A stretch of 64,000 nucleotides of DNA from Leucoraja erinacea (Eukaryota): the NCBI RefSeq assembly GCF_028641065.1, contig NC_073398.1, forward strand, positions 21,514,001 through 21,578,000, read 5' to 3'. A program made the translations under genes and the position numbers. Of the stretch, positions 13,046 through 26,569 are shown one piece after another (position 1 is the first letter of the stretch; the number at the start of each line of letters is the position of its first letter). The notes beneath the pieces are model-generated. The model made no database searches. It was not told the origin of the DNA and saw only the letters and a list, made by a program, of their open reading frames with translations.

Positions 13046-13604
13046 AGTACCAAAGACTAACTCATTCTTGCTCAGTGAACAAGTCATCTCATCAACTGTT
13101 CTCTCCTGCACTTCATGCCCCCCCGCCCCCCCCCTTGATATCACACAAACTTTACGGATAATATAAAAGCGAGATCTAGTTGAGGAGGTAGTTTTTAATG
13201 TTATTGTATGCAGGTGACTGAATTCAACTGAATGGGAACCATGGGCAGGTGTGTAGAGAGGTGCAAGCTAGCTGCTGTAAAGGCAACAGTGAGTTCTGGA
13301 TTCAGGATTCACTGACGATCGTATTTTGACAAATCACTTTTGCGCCGTTGAATGAAATGTATGTGGAAGAGACACTTGTGTAACTGGTGCATGGTTTTCA
13401 TATATGCCGCAAAAACAGACAAGCCAAACGAACAACACAATTTACGTTATTGTAACAGCATTCTTTTTTTTGTGGCAGAACTATGGTGTACAAATGCTTA
13501 AATTAATATAAAAGACAAAAAAAAAATGTCTTAACCCCTGTGAAATAATGCTGTTTCATATCCGTCTAATGGGATGAAATGGTTCCTTTCTAATAAAGTA
13601 ATGA

Positions 13605-13888
13605 CTTCAGAATTAAGGGACAGAAGTTTAGGGGTAATATGAGGGGGAACTTCTTTACTCAGAGAGTGGTAGCAGTGTGGAATGAGCTTCCAGTGGAAGT
13701 GGTGGAGGCAGGTTCATTGGCATCATTTAAAAATAAATTGGATAGGCATATGGATGAGAAGGGAATGGAGGGTTATGGTATGAGTGCAGGCAGGTGGGAC
13801 TAAGGGAAAAAAGTTGTTCGGCACGGACTTGTAGGGCCGAGATGGCCTGTTTCCGTGCTGTAATTGTTATATGGTTATATGGTTATAT
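13605..13888 (+). mobile_element. CR1-like LINE 3' end
   Basis: aacttctttactcagagagtggtagcagtgtggaatgagcttcca (NFFTQRVVAVWNELP); (GGTTATAT)n tail. Confidence 0.85.
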
Positions 13889-14050
13889 AATGTAATTAAA
13901 CTGTCCTGCATTATTAAATATTAATATTCAAATATAAATGAACAGAATATCTGGGCATTAGCCAGATATTGTGCAGCTTTATATCAAGCTATGGTGTTTC
14001 ATATTGGTCAGATTCTGGATTAAAATATATGATTAAAAATTGAAACAACT

Positions 14051-17000
14051 TGGATTATAAAACTCACAGAATTCACAAACGACATTTATGCAAACCTAAA
14101 TAAATCGGTGGAATGGCTCTCCCTAAATTTCTTCTCTATTGCTGGGGAACTAATATTAAAAATTTAATCTACTGGATGGACGATACATGCCAACAAGTAA
14201 ACTGGTTAAAAATGGTGAGGGAAGATTGTTTGTCTTTCAATATAGGTGTGATTCTTCTCTCTCCAATACATCTGAAGAAATCAATGTATGAGATAATCCA
14301 CAGCAACTTACGAATCTGGAAACAGTTGAAATCAACCCTTAAATTGAGACATTTCTCTCTCCTCTTACCAATCGCCAATAATCCCTCATTTAAACCATCT
14401 ACTTTAGACAAGGCGTTTGTACAATGGGAAAGCCTAAGAATTAAAAAGCTGGGAGACCGTTATGAGAAGGGGACCTTCCTCCTGTTTCAAGAATTACAGC
14501 TGAAATATCATCTGAAAGGTAGTCATTACTTCAGATATCTTCAAATACGAGACTATGTGAAAATACACACGCAAGATTGTCACTCCATGGGTCCAGATAT
14601 ACCAGATGAATGCATGAACAGAAAGGCGGATACAAATAAGTTAATATCCTACTTCTATAAATACCCTTTTAAATGTACATATCCCATCGTCGGAAATAAT
14701 TAGGCGAGCATGGGAAGACGAATTGGGTTTAACAATTTCAAAGGATAGTTGGGAGGAAAGTCTTTTATATATACATTACTGTTCTCTTAATGTTAGGCAC
14801 TCCCTAATACAATTTAAAATACCGCACAGACTCTATTATTCAAAGTCTAAACTGAACAAGATCTTCCCAAATGTCTCTCCTAGCTGTGATAAATGTTTCC
14901 TCTAAGAAGCAACTATAACCCATTCCTTTGTTTCCTGCACAAAATTATAAAACTTCTGGAGGGGAATTTTTGATATATTTTCCAACATACTTAAAATGTA
15001 ATCCCGACATAAAACTGATCACACTAGGTATGTCAGAGGCCTGTTCCGAGCTAATGATATTTCAAAGACATTTCCTTAACTATGGCCTAATAACAGCAAA
15101 AAAAAATTACTTAAATTTTGGAAACAGACAATGTATTTCTACAGTGAAGATGTGGATCACAAACATGTCCGAGACGCTACATTTGGAAAATATAGGGCTT
15201 GTCTTGGCAGAAAAACCAGATCAATTTCTTAAGACATGGACACCCTTTACCGAATTCTTACAACAATAGCATGGTGCAACACAAATTTAAATTTAAATCC
15301 GATGCTGGGTTGGGTGAGGCGGGCGGAGGGGACGAGGGGCAAGGTATATCTCCACTTTTCTTTTTCTTTTTTCTTATTTCTATATCTTTCTGCCACACTA
15401 CTTTGATAGTTTAGGGGATTCTCTTTTGTTCTTCTTCAATCTATTGTAATTGTAATTTATTTATTTAGGGGACAGTGCATATTAATAAACATTTACATGT
15501 AATACGCAAGATTGTAGCCAGTAGCTAATTTCCATCTTTAGTCCCTCTGGTAAACAAGGTAAATACATCACAACACATTCAGTCAATAAGAGAAGAGACA
15601 AAACAGAAGTCAAAAACAAAACAACAAACAATAAAGTAAAAAAGTAACATTAAAAGAGTACCATAGGATAATTTTAAGGTAGATTATGATTGCAGTTTTG
15701 ATTTTGCAGTAACCATGTTTTTAGATGTTTGGTAAATGAGGTTGGCAGATCCCGTATGACGCATGGTATCGCGTTCCATGTCTGCGACGCTCGATATGAA
15801 AATACTGACTGCCCAAAGACACTTTTCCTAAACGGGACTATACAATCACCCCTGGAGGCCGCTCTTGTCGACCTATTTGTGTTTTTCTTTATGAAGTTCT
15901 TTAACGGAGGTGGGGCTAGTCCACGGAAGATTTTGTAAACCAAAATCAAGTCCGAATATTTTATTACATTTTCCCAGCTCAGCAGATCAAATTTCTTCAG
16001 GATGCTACAGTGATGGTACATTCTGGGCTTTTTGTCAAGATTTTTTAGGGCTTGTTTATAAGCAATTTCAACAGGCTTTAGTGTGGACTTACATGCCAGT
16101 GACCAAGTTGTTATACAGTAGGTCATGTATGGCACAATCATTGCATTAAAATATAGTTTGGCTGAATCAATAGTTAAATTATTTCTAATATATCTAAAAT
16201 TGGACAAATTAAATTTAATTAAATTTACTGTTCTTTTCACCTGTTGTTTGAAACAGAGCTGTGAATCGATCACGATTCCTAAATATTTTAACTCGTGTAC
16301 AATTTTAAGTTTTGTTCCATGTACAAACACATCAGGATCTCCATCAGTACTTGCCTTTTTGGAGAAAAACATACAGACAGTCTTTGACACATTAAGATGT
16401 AGATCAGAAAACTGCAACCAGTTTGACACATTAATCATAGCAGCTGATAGGTCTTGTGCAGCTTGATGTTTGTTTTTGGCATGTACATACACAACTGCAT
16501 CGTCAGCATACATCTGGCAAGTTACATTTGATGTACAGCTACTTGGTAGATCATTAATGTACAGACTGAATAATAGCGGTCCCAAGATTGAACCTTGAGG
16601 TACACCAAGAGGGTTTTTAGAAGTTGCAGATTTACTGTTGTGCACTCTAACACATTGTTTTCTCTGTACCATATATGACTCAATCCATTTCATCGTGCTC
16701 AAAGAGAGGTTAAAATAGGACAATTTGATCATCAAGATCTGGTGGTTCACAGTATCAAAGGCTTTTCGTAAATCAAGAAAAACAGCTCCCATAACACCAC
16801 CTGCATCAATTTTGGACTTCATATTTTCCAAAAGGAAGCAAAGTGCCGTCTCAGTGGAGTGAAGCCAAACTGCATTGGGTTTAGGGTATATGGACTATTG
16901 TTTAAATGTTTAATTATCTGTCCCGCAACCCATTTTTCAGCTATCTTGGAAATTGCCGGGAGAATGCTTATTGGTCTATAATTACTAATTATAGTGGGGT

Positions 17001-18179
17001 CTCCTGATTTTAAAATTAGAGTTATTACTGCAGATTTCCAAGAATTTGGGAATACACATTTGTTTATGGACTTGTTGACGATGCTGGTAATTGGAGCAAT
17101 GAGTGACTGCTTATGAGCTTTAAGAAACATTATATCCATACCAAAAGCATTTTTGGCTGAGACACTTCATTCAAAATAAGAACCGGAGAAGCAGTGTTCA
17201 GTGGCATAGCATATCGGACTGCAGAACAGGAACTATGAGTCAAGTTCTTCACAGAATCTATAAAATACGTGTTAAGGGCTGTTGCAATCTCATTTGGATC
17301 ATTAGTCAGATTTTCATTTAGTTGCAACTCCCTAATGTTCTTGTTGGTGATATTATTTCCAGTTAATTTCCTTATGTTTGTCCAAATCTCCTTAGCATTA
17401 CCTCTTGCGTTGCTAATAACATTAATAAAAAAGTTTGCCTTAGCATTCCTAATTTCTTTAGTGACTTTATTTCTAAGTGAGGTAAATATTTGTCTATTAT
17501 GTGCTGCTTTTGTTTTCAGGGATATCTTAAGGGTATGGTCTCGCTGTTTCATCAGTGACCATATTTCACTATTTAACCAGGGAAGATGATTCTTTTTCCG
17601 TGGTTTTGGTTTTATCTTTTTCATAAAACAATTCATTGTTTCTTGAATAACATTACAATTTTCATCAACGTGTTCATGGTTAAGGTGATCAGACCAGTCA
17701 ATTTAATTCAAGGCATTTTCCAGGTTTTTTGTTTCACCCTTGGGTATTCTTAGTTGCTCAGACCTTTTACTGGAGTGACAGGTGAACCTATTTTTTGACA
17801 GTTTTCTTGAAAAGAGGATCAAATTATGGTCAGAGAGACCTGTAACCATATTGTATGTTTTTTGTATTCTGTCATATTTGTTGCTGAAGACCAAGTCTAT
17901 ACATGTTTCTGATGAGCTACTTATTCTAGTAGGTCCTGTAATTAAAGATCTGATTGAACTGTGAGAGATCAAAGCTATTTGTTATTGATTTTAATCTTTT
18001 CATCATTTTCACATTCTACTTTTTTTCTTTTTTGTTCTCTTTTTCTTTTCTTTTTTCATTTTTATAATTTAGGTTATAAGGTTAAAAATGAAGCTGTACA
18101 ATAATTGTATAATTTTAGATGCTGAATGTTTTATCTCTGTACAACTGCTACTAATAAATACATAAATAAATAAATAGAG
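14051..18179 (+). mobile_element. 5'-truncated L1-clade LINE (ORF2 C-terminus plus 3'UTR) hosting a nested LINE
   Basis: Frameshifted HLCKPK*IGGMALP...FRYLQIRDY...HRLYYSKSKLNKIFPNVSPSCDKC; (TAAA)n tail at ~18153-18175; TSD attgaaacaact 14039-14050 / attgatacaact 18180-18191. Confidence 0.9.
15446..17974 (-). mobile_element. 5'-truncated L2/Crack/CR1-group LINE with a near-intact reverse transcriptase region
   Basis: 385-aa ORF with AVFLDLRKAFDTV, GVPQGSILGPLLFSLYINDL, YADD; upstream frameshifted pieces NYRPISILP and CIDLVF...SDHNLI (APE end); candidate TSD ctatt 15441-15445 / 17975-17979. Confidence 0.92.
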
Positions 18180-18482
18180 ATTGATACAACTAACTTTATG
18201 AAAATCATTTGTCAAATACAACGTTATTCTTTGTCCACCCTGTTCACTTTTGTATTTCAGCCAAACTTGTATTTTGTACCAAATTGTGATTATTATTGAC
18301 AAAATTAGAGAATAAATTTATCGTATATTCATGGAGATTCCCTTTAACAACAACAAAAGCTAATTTACACTTTAATTAAATTACTTTTGTCTGGTGTACA
18401 GTATTTATTAGTGTACAAAACAAAGGTGCCCAAACATTGCTCTCTATTGAAATGTTGTTTGCAGATTGTTTGAGTGAGGGTA

Positions 18483-18690
18483 TTAGACACAGTGTGGAAA
18501 CCGACCCTTCTGCCCAACTTGCTCACACCGGCCAACGTGTCCCAGCTACTCTAGTCCCACCTGCCAGCATTTGGTCCATATCCCTCCAAACCTGTCTTAT
18601 CCATGTACCTGTCTAACTGCTTCTTAAATGTTGAGTTGGTCCCTGCCGCAACTACCTTATATGACAGCTCATTGCATACATTTACCACTC
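18483..18690 (-). mobile_element. CR1-like LINE 3' tail
   Basis: ctagtcccacctgccagcatttggtccatatccctccaaacctg... Confidence 0.75.
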
Positions 18691-19192
18691 AGTGATAATG
18701 ATTTTCTATTATGTGTTCAGATTTTCTAATGGGACGTGTGTTGTTTTATATTAAAGTATGCAATATTTAAGAAGTGCTTAGCTGCTTTTTAACAATATGC
18801 TGCAATAAGCTGCTTTTTGCTATCCTAAAGCCCAGATATGTACCAAAGCATGACTCCATAGCATATGATGCCTTCAGAAATTGGAGTTAAATGAGCCCAA
18901 GGAGGGGTTCTGTCACAATCTGTCATCCAGTTGCACAAATTTCCCATTGGCTCCGACCACAAAACCAGAATGATCAATCGATGCTCAATCGTTCCCCCTG
19001 AGATCCATTAAACAGCACACGATAATGATTCACCCCATCTAGCCTGGTGGTTGTCTGTGTGGTTTAGCCTGCATTGGCTGTGTGGTTTAGGTTGTGTACT
19101 TACTAATTGAGCATTGAAGTGTGAGATTAGAATTATTTCTCCTTTTTTATGACCTATGTTCTGATTTGATTTCTTTAAACTTTTGCTTTCAG

Positions 19193-19351
19193 TTCAACAA
19201 CATAGCAAAATCTGTGAGCTGCTTCAGACACCTTGTGCAAGCTAATGTCCGAAATAAGAAGGTCCTCAAAGATGCAGTTAATCAAATACAGGCGAAAGGA
19301 ATCACTGATTATAAAAAAGGCTTTACATTTGCTTTTGAGCAGTTGATGAAT
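19193..19351 (+). CDS. CACNA2D1: CACNA2D1 exon ~11 (159 nt, VWA domain)
   Basis: ttttgctttcag|TTC...AAT|gtaagt; [53 protein letters not shown]. Confidence 0.97.
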
Positions 19352-20129
19352 GTAAGTACACCCAATCTATTTGAAATGATTATGACACCACGTTGAGTTT
19401 AGTTTTGAAGTCAGGCTGTATGTTTGTTATGCATGTTCAATTTTGCAACAATGGAATTATTGCAAATGATTCTGGTAATAATTTTAAGGATTTAAAAGAG
19501 GAAGAAAATAAAAGCGGAACATCTTTTGAGTGATCAGTGAGCAACCCGGCGGCAATTAAATTACATTTTGTTCTGAAACATGCTGTGATTTTTAAAAAGA
19601 AATTAACAATTAACAATATGAGCAATGGACCAAGCAAATTTTTATTATTGAGATTCGGCATTCTCAGAATCAGATGATCAGACAGCATTGAAGGTCTATT
19701 CCGCAGCACATTGTGGGAGAGTTATTCATCTGTTCCACTCACATGTTTTTCCCCCCACACCGTCATTTGAATGTTATCATTCAATCTGTGTCCATCGTTC
19801 TTTCACGATAACTTACCATATATGGGAATTGTCACCTTGTCACTTCACATTCGGTTACCAGTATATCTTCAAACTGTATCATCTGATTACCGACACGCCC
19901 CTGGAAACTGCTTCGCCCAATTTACCTGATTTCTTAACGCTTCCATTGATCGTGCCAATAGTAACAAGAGCTGCCAGTGGAAGTGATACCTGCTGCGACA
20001 CGATTCCAGATGATGTTCCCTCCTGAACATTTCAGTCTGGCAGCAAAGGTACACAATGCCCAGTGAAGGACGCACCTGCCATGCAGTCCGTGCTAAAATA
20101 GCTTTTCCACATTGATAGGTAGGATGAGA

Positions 20130-20450
20130 TGTACCTGATCACGAGGGGCATGGATAAAGTGAACATTCACAGTCTCTTTTCCTGGGGCATAGGCTTAAGG
20201 TGAGAGAGGGGAGATTTAAGAGAGACCTCCTGGGTGACCTTTTCACTCAGAGGATAGTCTAGATCTGGAATCAGTTGCCAGTAGAAACCTGTAGAAACAG
20301 ATACAACTTAGCTTTTTTAAAAGACATTTGGATAGATATGTGGATAGGAAGAGTTTATATGTCCAAATGCGTGCAAATGGGATAACTTGTCCAGTAAGAC
20401 AACTTTGTTGGTATGTACAAGTGGGCCGAAGGGCCTGTTTCTATGCTTTT
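20130..20450 (+). mobile_element. CR1-like LINE 3' end
   Basis: gggcataggcttaaggtgagagaggggagatttaag...gggccgaagggcctgttt. Confidence 0.8.
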
Positions 20451-20499
20451 ATAGGTCAATGACTTCATGACAATAATGACAGTCTGGCATTCGACAGGT

Positions 20500-20725
20500 G
20501 ACCCTTGGTCGGCGGTCGATCAGAGTGTGGGGGAGAGGGGAAGAACAATTGACCTGACGTGGGGGGGAAGAACAATGGAGGGAGGGAGGGAGAACAAAGG
20601 GGAAGCCGGCGTACTTTGAAACTTTGCCAGCACCGTAGGTGGCCGCTATTTGTATACGCTGGGTACTACGGAAGCAAAGAATTTCACTGTGCCTTGTCGC
20701 ATGTGACAATTAAAGTTCCAGTATG
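20500..20725 (+). mobile_element. LINE-type 3' tail fragment (second copy at ~28965-29185)
   Basis: Shared gaacaaagggg...actttg...gcaaagaatttcactgtg...atgtgacaa. Confidence 0.65.
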
Positions 20726-21469
20726 GCCATTTAACCTTCTCTGTTCAAAGGAAGGCTGTTTCTTCGACTCTTTTCAAGTTTAACGCCAGTCATTCCAAGT
20801 ATTCTCTGTCGATCCAATTGTCATTACAAACATAACAAAGAAGCTAGCATCCAGACCATGAATCCTTGTTGAAATTGGATATGTTCCATTCTGTAAAGTC
20901 CAGAAGTAATACAAGGGAATCGAGGTAGTTCAAATGTTGGAAATTCCTTAAGTGTTTGTGTATATTATCAGCGTGTGTATTATCAGCATTAATTTTAAGG
21001 TAGTACTTTTAAGAACTGAGGAATTCTACTTGCAGAGCTTGCAATGTATAATGAAGCAGCATTTAAATGACCAAACTCTGTGTTCAGGCTGCATTTAACC
21101 AATAGCTGTGGCAATGGTCCAGTGCAAAACCTCTTCATGTGGCCACACTTGCATTGTAGATGTTTTGTTGAAACCAAGAAAATAAGGTGATAAAAGTATT
21201 AGGGGTTGAAGCAATAATGGAGTATCATTATCAGGTGGGTGTCCAGGTGCTGGATTCATATCTATAGATGTGGTTAGAAGCTCGTTTTGATGCGACACAG
21301 TCCAAAATATAATTTTGTTCTGGTCCTTTAACGGATGGAGAGGCAAGGCCACTGAATCTAAGCAAAATATTAAAATAGCATTTCATTATTTTCTATGTTC
21401 TGAGGGAGCCTCATGAAATCTATAGCAATCTTACATTTATAGCTATAATATGCCACATGAATAGAATTC

Positions 21470-22405
21470 ACTGGATACAGATTTGGCTTAATGGAAGGAA
21501 TCCGAGGGTGTTGGTAGAAAGATGTTCTTCTTGGGCGTGATGCCTGTGACTAGTGGTGTGCCTCAAGGATCAGTGCTGGGACCATTGCTGTTTGTGGCTT
21601 ATCTGTGATTTGGATGAGAATGTAGAAGACATGATTAATAAGTTTGCAGATGATACTAAAGAGGGAGGTGTCATTTTGAGAAGTCAAACCCGGGCAGAAC
21701 CTTCACTGTGAATGGTTGAACCTCTGGGAGTGTTGCAGACTAAAGGGGTCTCAGAGTACAGGTACATAGTTCCCTGAAAGTGGCATCATAGCTCAGGTGG
21801 TAAAGAAGGCTTTGGCACACTGGCCTACATCAGTCAGGGAATTGTGTATACAATTTCGTACATTATGTTATAGTTGTGCAAGACGTCGGTGAGGCTGCAT
21901 TTGGAGTATTGGTTTCAGTTTTAGTCACCTGCTGTGGAAAGAATGATCTTAAGCTGGAAAGAAGTGCAGAGAAGATTTATGAGGATGTTGCCAGGACTTG
22001 AGGGGCTAAGCTATAGGGAGAAGTTGGTCTTTATTCCTTAGAATGCGGGAGGCTGAGGGGTGATCTTATAGAGGTGCATACAATCATGAAGGGAATTAAT
22101 AGGGTAAATGTAGTCTTTTATCTAGGGTACCGTATCATGAATCAGAGGCTAGAGGTTAAAAGTGAGAGGGGAAACATTTAATATGAATCAGAGGGGTGAC
22201 TTTTTCACATATAGGTGGGTATATAGAATGAGCTGCTGGAGGAGATAGATGAGTCAGGTACTATAACATCATTTAAAAGAGACTTGGACAGGTGCATGGA
22301 TAGGTTTAGAGGCAAACACGGGCAAATAGACCTAGCTTAGATGTGGCATGGATGAGTTGGGCTGAAGGGCGTGTTACTGTGCTGTATGACTATGATTATG
22401 ATTAC
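21470..22405 (+). mobile_element. Degenerate CR1 LINE (RT to 3' end)
   Basis: gtgactagtggtgtgcctcaaggatcagtgctgggacca (VTSGVPQGSVLGP), aagtttgcagatgatact (KFADDT), (ATGACT)n-like tail. Confidence 0.88.
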
Positions 22406-22852
22406 TTCTATTAATTTGGCAGATTATTGTCAAATAATTCAGATGAGTAGGCTATTATCTTCCACAAGTCCTTTGTAATGTTGGTTGACTGCCTTCGAGA
22501 AGATCGTATAGTGAAAAATGATATTTGAAGAGGACTTGAATCCAATAATGAGGCATTTCTCTTTGGTTCCTACCTTTACAACAAATTACTTGGATATTAG
22601 GGAGGATATAATTTGTCTTGGGCTGTTTGGTACAAAGCCTCATCAACAGAGATGGTGTGGAACGTTAAACTTGAAAAGAATATCTAGGATAAAACTCAAA
22701 CTTTGTAATAGAATCATCCGACAGGCTTGCAAAGCTGGATTGGAGATCAAGATGTCTGAAATATGTACCGTTATTTAGTTATATCATGCTGAGTGATTTA
22801 AGTGCAATTTAAAATTGAAATTGAATAGATGTTCCCTATTATTTCTTTGTAG

Positions 22853-22957
22853 TTCAATGTATCCCGAGCGAATTGCAACAAGATCATCATGTTATTTACA
22901 GATGGCGGGGAAGAACGAGCCCAAGAAATCTTTACAACATACAATCAGGAGAAACAA
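22853..22957 (+). CDS. CACNA2D1: CACNA2D1 exon ~12 (105 nt, VWA, MIDAS Asp in FTDGG)
   Basis: ttctttgtag|TTC...CAA|gtaagt; [35 protein letters not shown]. Confidence 0.97.
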
Positions 22958-23811
22958 GTAAGTACTTGTAAAGCTTATTAGTTTTGATACAAAAATACCG
23001 TGGCTCCAATAATAGAATTGATTTTGACAGTATTGGCACGGATTCCAAAATTTCCAAATTAAAACCAGGTGAGTTTGGTGCAATAAGGAGCACTTTGTAA
23101 TTCAATAGGGGGCATATTTTGTCTTGTTTGCAGAGAATTTAATCCAGTTTTTCTTTGGTCCCTATCTCGATCCAAGTATTATTTGGAATAACTTCAAAAT
23201 GTAATGACATTGTAGAATTATTTTCCACGGGAAAACTGAAACAATAATTGGAATTCCATTAATTTTTACCAACACTTTACAACATAATTCTTTGTTATTT
23301 TAACACTACTTCTCCTATTCAATTAGTGTGCTTGTCAGTCAAATAATATTAGTTCTGAAACACTATCTAACCAAAGCAAGGCATCACCAATGCATTATAC
23401 ATGAATCGAGCAAATTCCACTCGGATAAATAATCTTGCCACAAATTTTGTCTGTAGATTTGAACAAAGGGCACTAACTCCCTATAAGAGTGGCTAAGCTT
23501 TGAAATCAGATAGGCAGTTATTTGGAGTTGAGTTATTTCCTTCTGATTCTCATTATTGGTGAATCTTTCAATTTGCCTCTATTTCTGCATTTCACTTATT
23601 TTAATTTATGTACTCGATTCTTCACAGAATTTGGGGATCAGTTCCTAGCTAGGATGTTTCATGGCTCTTTGTCTGTGATGGTTGGTGTAACTGCTGTTCC
23701 TGGTCACACTGGTCCAAGAGGATGTTGCACCAGGTGGGCTAACTTAACCCAGCAAGATCCCGTGTAAAGGCCCACAGAAACATTGCAGTCAAGAGACAGT
23801 GTAGTAAACAC

Positions 23812-23932
23812 GGAAGATAGGCACAAAATGCTGGAGTAACACTGCGGGTCAGACAGCATCTCTGGAGAAAAGGAATAGGTGATGTTTTGGGTCGAGACCC
23901 TTCTTCAGACTAACACTGTGTAACTAACTAAC
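23812..23932 (-). mobile_element. Short Penelope-LTR-derived element
   Basis: TSD-like tagtaaacac 23802-23811 / 23933-23942; hammerhead core with GAAA mutated to AAAA. Confidence 0.7.
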
Positions 23933-25097
23933 TAGTAAACACTGTGCAGTTTGCTCTTATCTTACTGCAAGATGAGAGTACTGTTATTCATTTTTGATTT
24001 GCTCTTTTACTTCTTGATATTTTCAAATTTCACTAATTTTTCTGGGCTCATCAACCTTTTTTGTTGCGTGCAACCACAGTGGAAAGACTATACATGATTA
24101 CAAACAAGCTGTCTACCATACTCAGATACAGGATGAAGGGAATAATGATTAGTGCAAGATAAAGTCCAGTAAAATCCAATTAAAGATAGTCTGAGGGTCT
24201 CCTATGAGGTAGATGGCAGCTCAGTGCTGCTCTCGATTTTGGGATGGGGTGGTTCATTTGCCTGATAACAGCTGGGAAGAAATTAAATCTGGAGGTATGC
24301 GTTTTCACACTTTTTGTAAACTAGCATCTACAGTTCCGTGTTTCTTTTCATTGGTTCTCCTTGAATCCAGAAGGCTGATGGTTTGGGGATGGGAAGTGCT
24401 TTCTCATGGGGAAATAACTTTATCCACAGACAATAATGCTTTGCCGAAGTTGCATTCGATAAAACAGAGTGGCTGTTTGCACAGATTACTGACCATTTTT
24501 CTTAACCTGGTCAATGCCAGGACTAACCAAGCCATTTGTGTAAGTGGTTTCCACTTATATTGCAAAGGAACAATTAGTAGAAAATAAACTTTGAGCAGGA
24601 CTGTGAATAAAGCATCAGTTTGATTTGGAGTAAAAAACCCTTTGCATTTCAGATTTAGATTTTAGTCAGTCAGCTTATTGTTTAATTTGAAGCTGTCATC
24701 CAATCATTTTAACGGTATTTATCCCAGGCGATTCTGATTAGAAAAATAGAAAGATAGTACAAAGTGCCTGGAAAACGAGCAGTCATTTAACACAAGCTGC
24801 TGTTCTGTCATTATTTAGCTCTTCCCAGATGTGATGTTATGTTATGTTTGCTGTATCTGTGTATCAGTTGGATGTATGCCGATTCTAAAAGTGAACATGA
24901 ACTTGCAAACCTAGCAAACTGAAGACTTTTCCAGGAAACTAAATGTTTCAGAGAATCCTCTGTGATGTTGCATATATTGGGTCATCTGATGACTGGAAGC
25001 TTGATGTACATCTTGTCTTTGATACAAAATGTAAATAAATAAAGCCACATGGCCACTTTAATTGTAACCTTTGAGTGAGAGCCAGCAGCATTTTAGT

Positions 25098-25188
25098 AAG
25101 ATAGACACACAGTGCTGGAGTAAATCAGGGGGACAGGCAGCATCTCTGGATAGAAGGAATAGGTGACGTTTCGGGTCGAGACCCTTCT
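25098..25188 (-). mobile_element. Truncated Penelope-LTR-derived element
   Basis: aagatagacacacagtgctggagtaaatcagggggacaggcagcatc...gacgtttcgggtcgagacccttct. Confidence 0.7.
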
Positions 25189-25423
25189 ATTATTATTTAG
25201 CTGCTTGCCAACTTGAACAGGCACTTGTGTAGCACTCGTGTTCCTTCCCATCTCAGAGTCGAGAATTGTGATCTCCAGAACATGCCTGTTACACCTGGCA
25301 AGGGTAGAGTGAAGTTCTGCATCCGACCTCTTGATCAATATCTAGCAGGAATATTCATTCACATTTGGTGGGAGAGGTCCTCTTCCCTCATTTGATGGGT
25401 TCTGAGAAATTCTGAAGTTCTAA

Positions 25424-26426
25424 TACAATACAATACAATACAATACAAAGCACTTTATTAGTCCCCGAGGGGCAATTTAAAGGGCGCATTACAGTAGCTT
25501 TTTAAAAAGGGACACAATCAACAAACATAAGCAACACACGAAGAGACAAACATTCAAAGCTACCCTCTGCACTGACCGGTCGACCACACGAGCAGTGACC
25601 CGGAAGGCATACTGCAGCCATACATACAAAACGAAAAGATCCGAGTCACAACATAATTTACATTAACATCCATCACATCGCTGTGATGGAAGGCAAAAAA
25701 AACCAAAAACTTCTCTCTCCACTGCACTCTCCCCTCCCCGCCCCCCCCCCCCCATGTCAGAGTCAAAGTCAAAGCCCCCAGCTGGCGATGGCGGTTGTCC
25801 CGCGGCCATTAAAGCCACGCCGGGTGGTGCAAGGTCGCACACCGGGTCTTGGTGTTAGAGCCCCCGGCGTGCGCTCGCAGAGTCCCGCGGCCATTCCAAG
25901 CCGCGCGGGGCGGTGATGTCAGGCCCCGCTCCAGGAACTCTTCAACCCCGCAACTCGGCGGGAGAAGTCGCCGTTGCGGACGCCCCGAAAAGCGGTCTCC
26001 CTCCAGGGACCCGCGGGCTCCCGGTGCCGCCGTCCGCCAGACCCGCAGTTGCAGCCTCCGAATCTCCGGAGATCGGGCCGCAGCAGCAGCAGCGCTCCAC
26101 CACCGCTCCACCCGCTCCGGACTCGGCCAGCCCCGCGACGGTGAGTAGTCCGCAGCTCCGCAACTGGAGTCCACGGTCGTTCCTGCCGGAGGCCGCTCCA
26201 CGTTGCCCAGCCTCAACGACAACGGAGACCCGACAAAGAAAAGGTCGTGTCTCCCGTGCAGGAGAAAGATTTTAAAGTTACCACCCCCCACCCCCACCCG
26301 CACCCCCCCCACACACACACACCCCGATAAAAAATAACAAAAAACTACATAGAAACGAGACAAAAATAATAAAAATGCAGACGGACTGCAGAGGCCGCTG
26401 CTGACGAGAGTCGCACCGCCCACCTC
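25424..26426 (-). mobile_element. GC-rich non-coding retro-element (family copy 1)
   Basis: Highly similar to 61937-62740; (AATAC)n tail and ttatt on + strand; flanks ctaatacaat / ctaacacaat. Confidence 0.8.
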
Positions 26427-26569
26427 CTAACACAATTCTCCATCCATTGGTTGGTGAAAGTTAATTGCAGATCTGCTGATATCGTAGCCAGTCGGAGTGT
26501 TCATCCAACACTTCACCACACTCTCCAGATAAAGGGAATTAAGGTAAGATAATTGATCAACATATCCAA

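Noticed and set aside
1-19192. Search for the preceding CACNA2D1 exon (SGSVSGLTLKL...DDDFVNVAS)
   Set aside because: Not found by eye; presumably upstream of the window. The initial 'gtaatt' could be a donor site but cannot be verified.
25809-26423. Overlapping 100-200 aa ORFs in the GC-rich elements (also 27865-28311 and 61922-62676)
   Set aside because: Open in several frames on both strands because of GC content; frames are not preserved between copies and there are no domain motifs.
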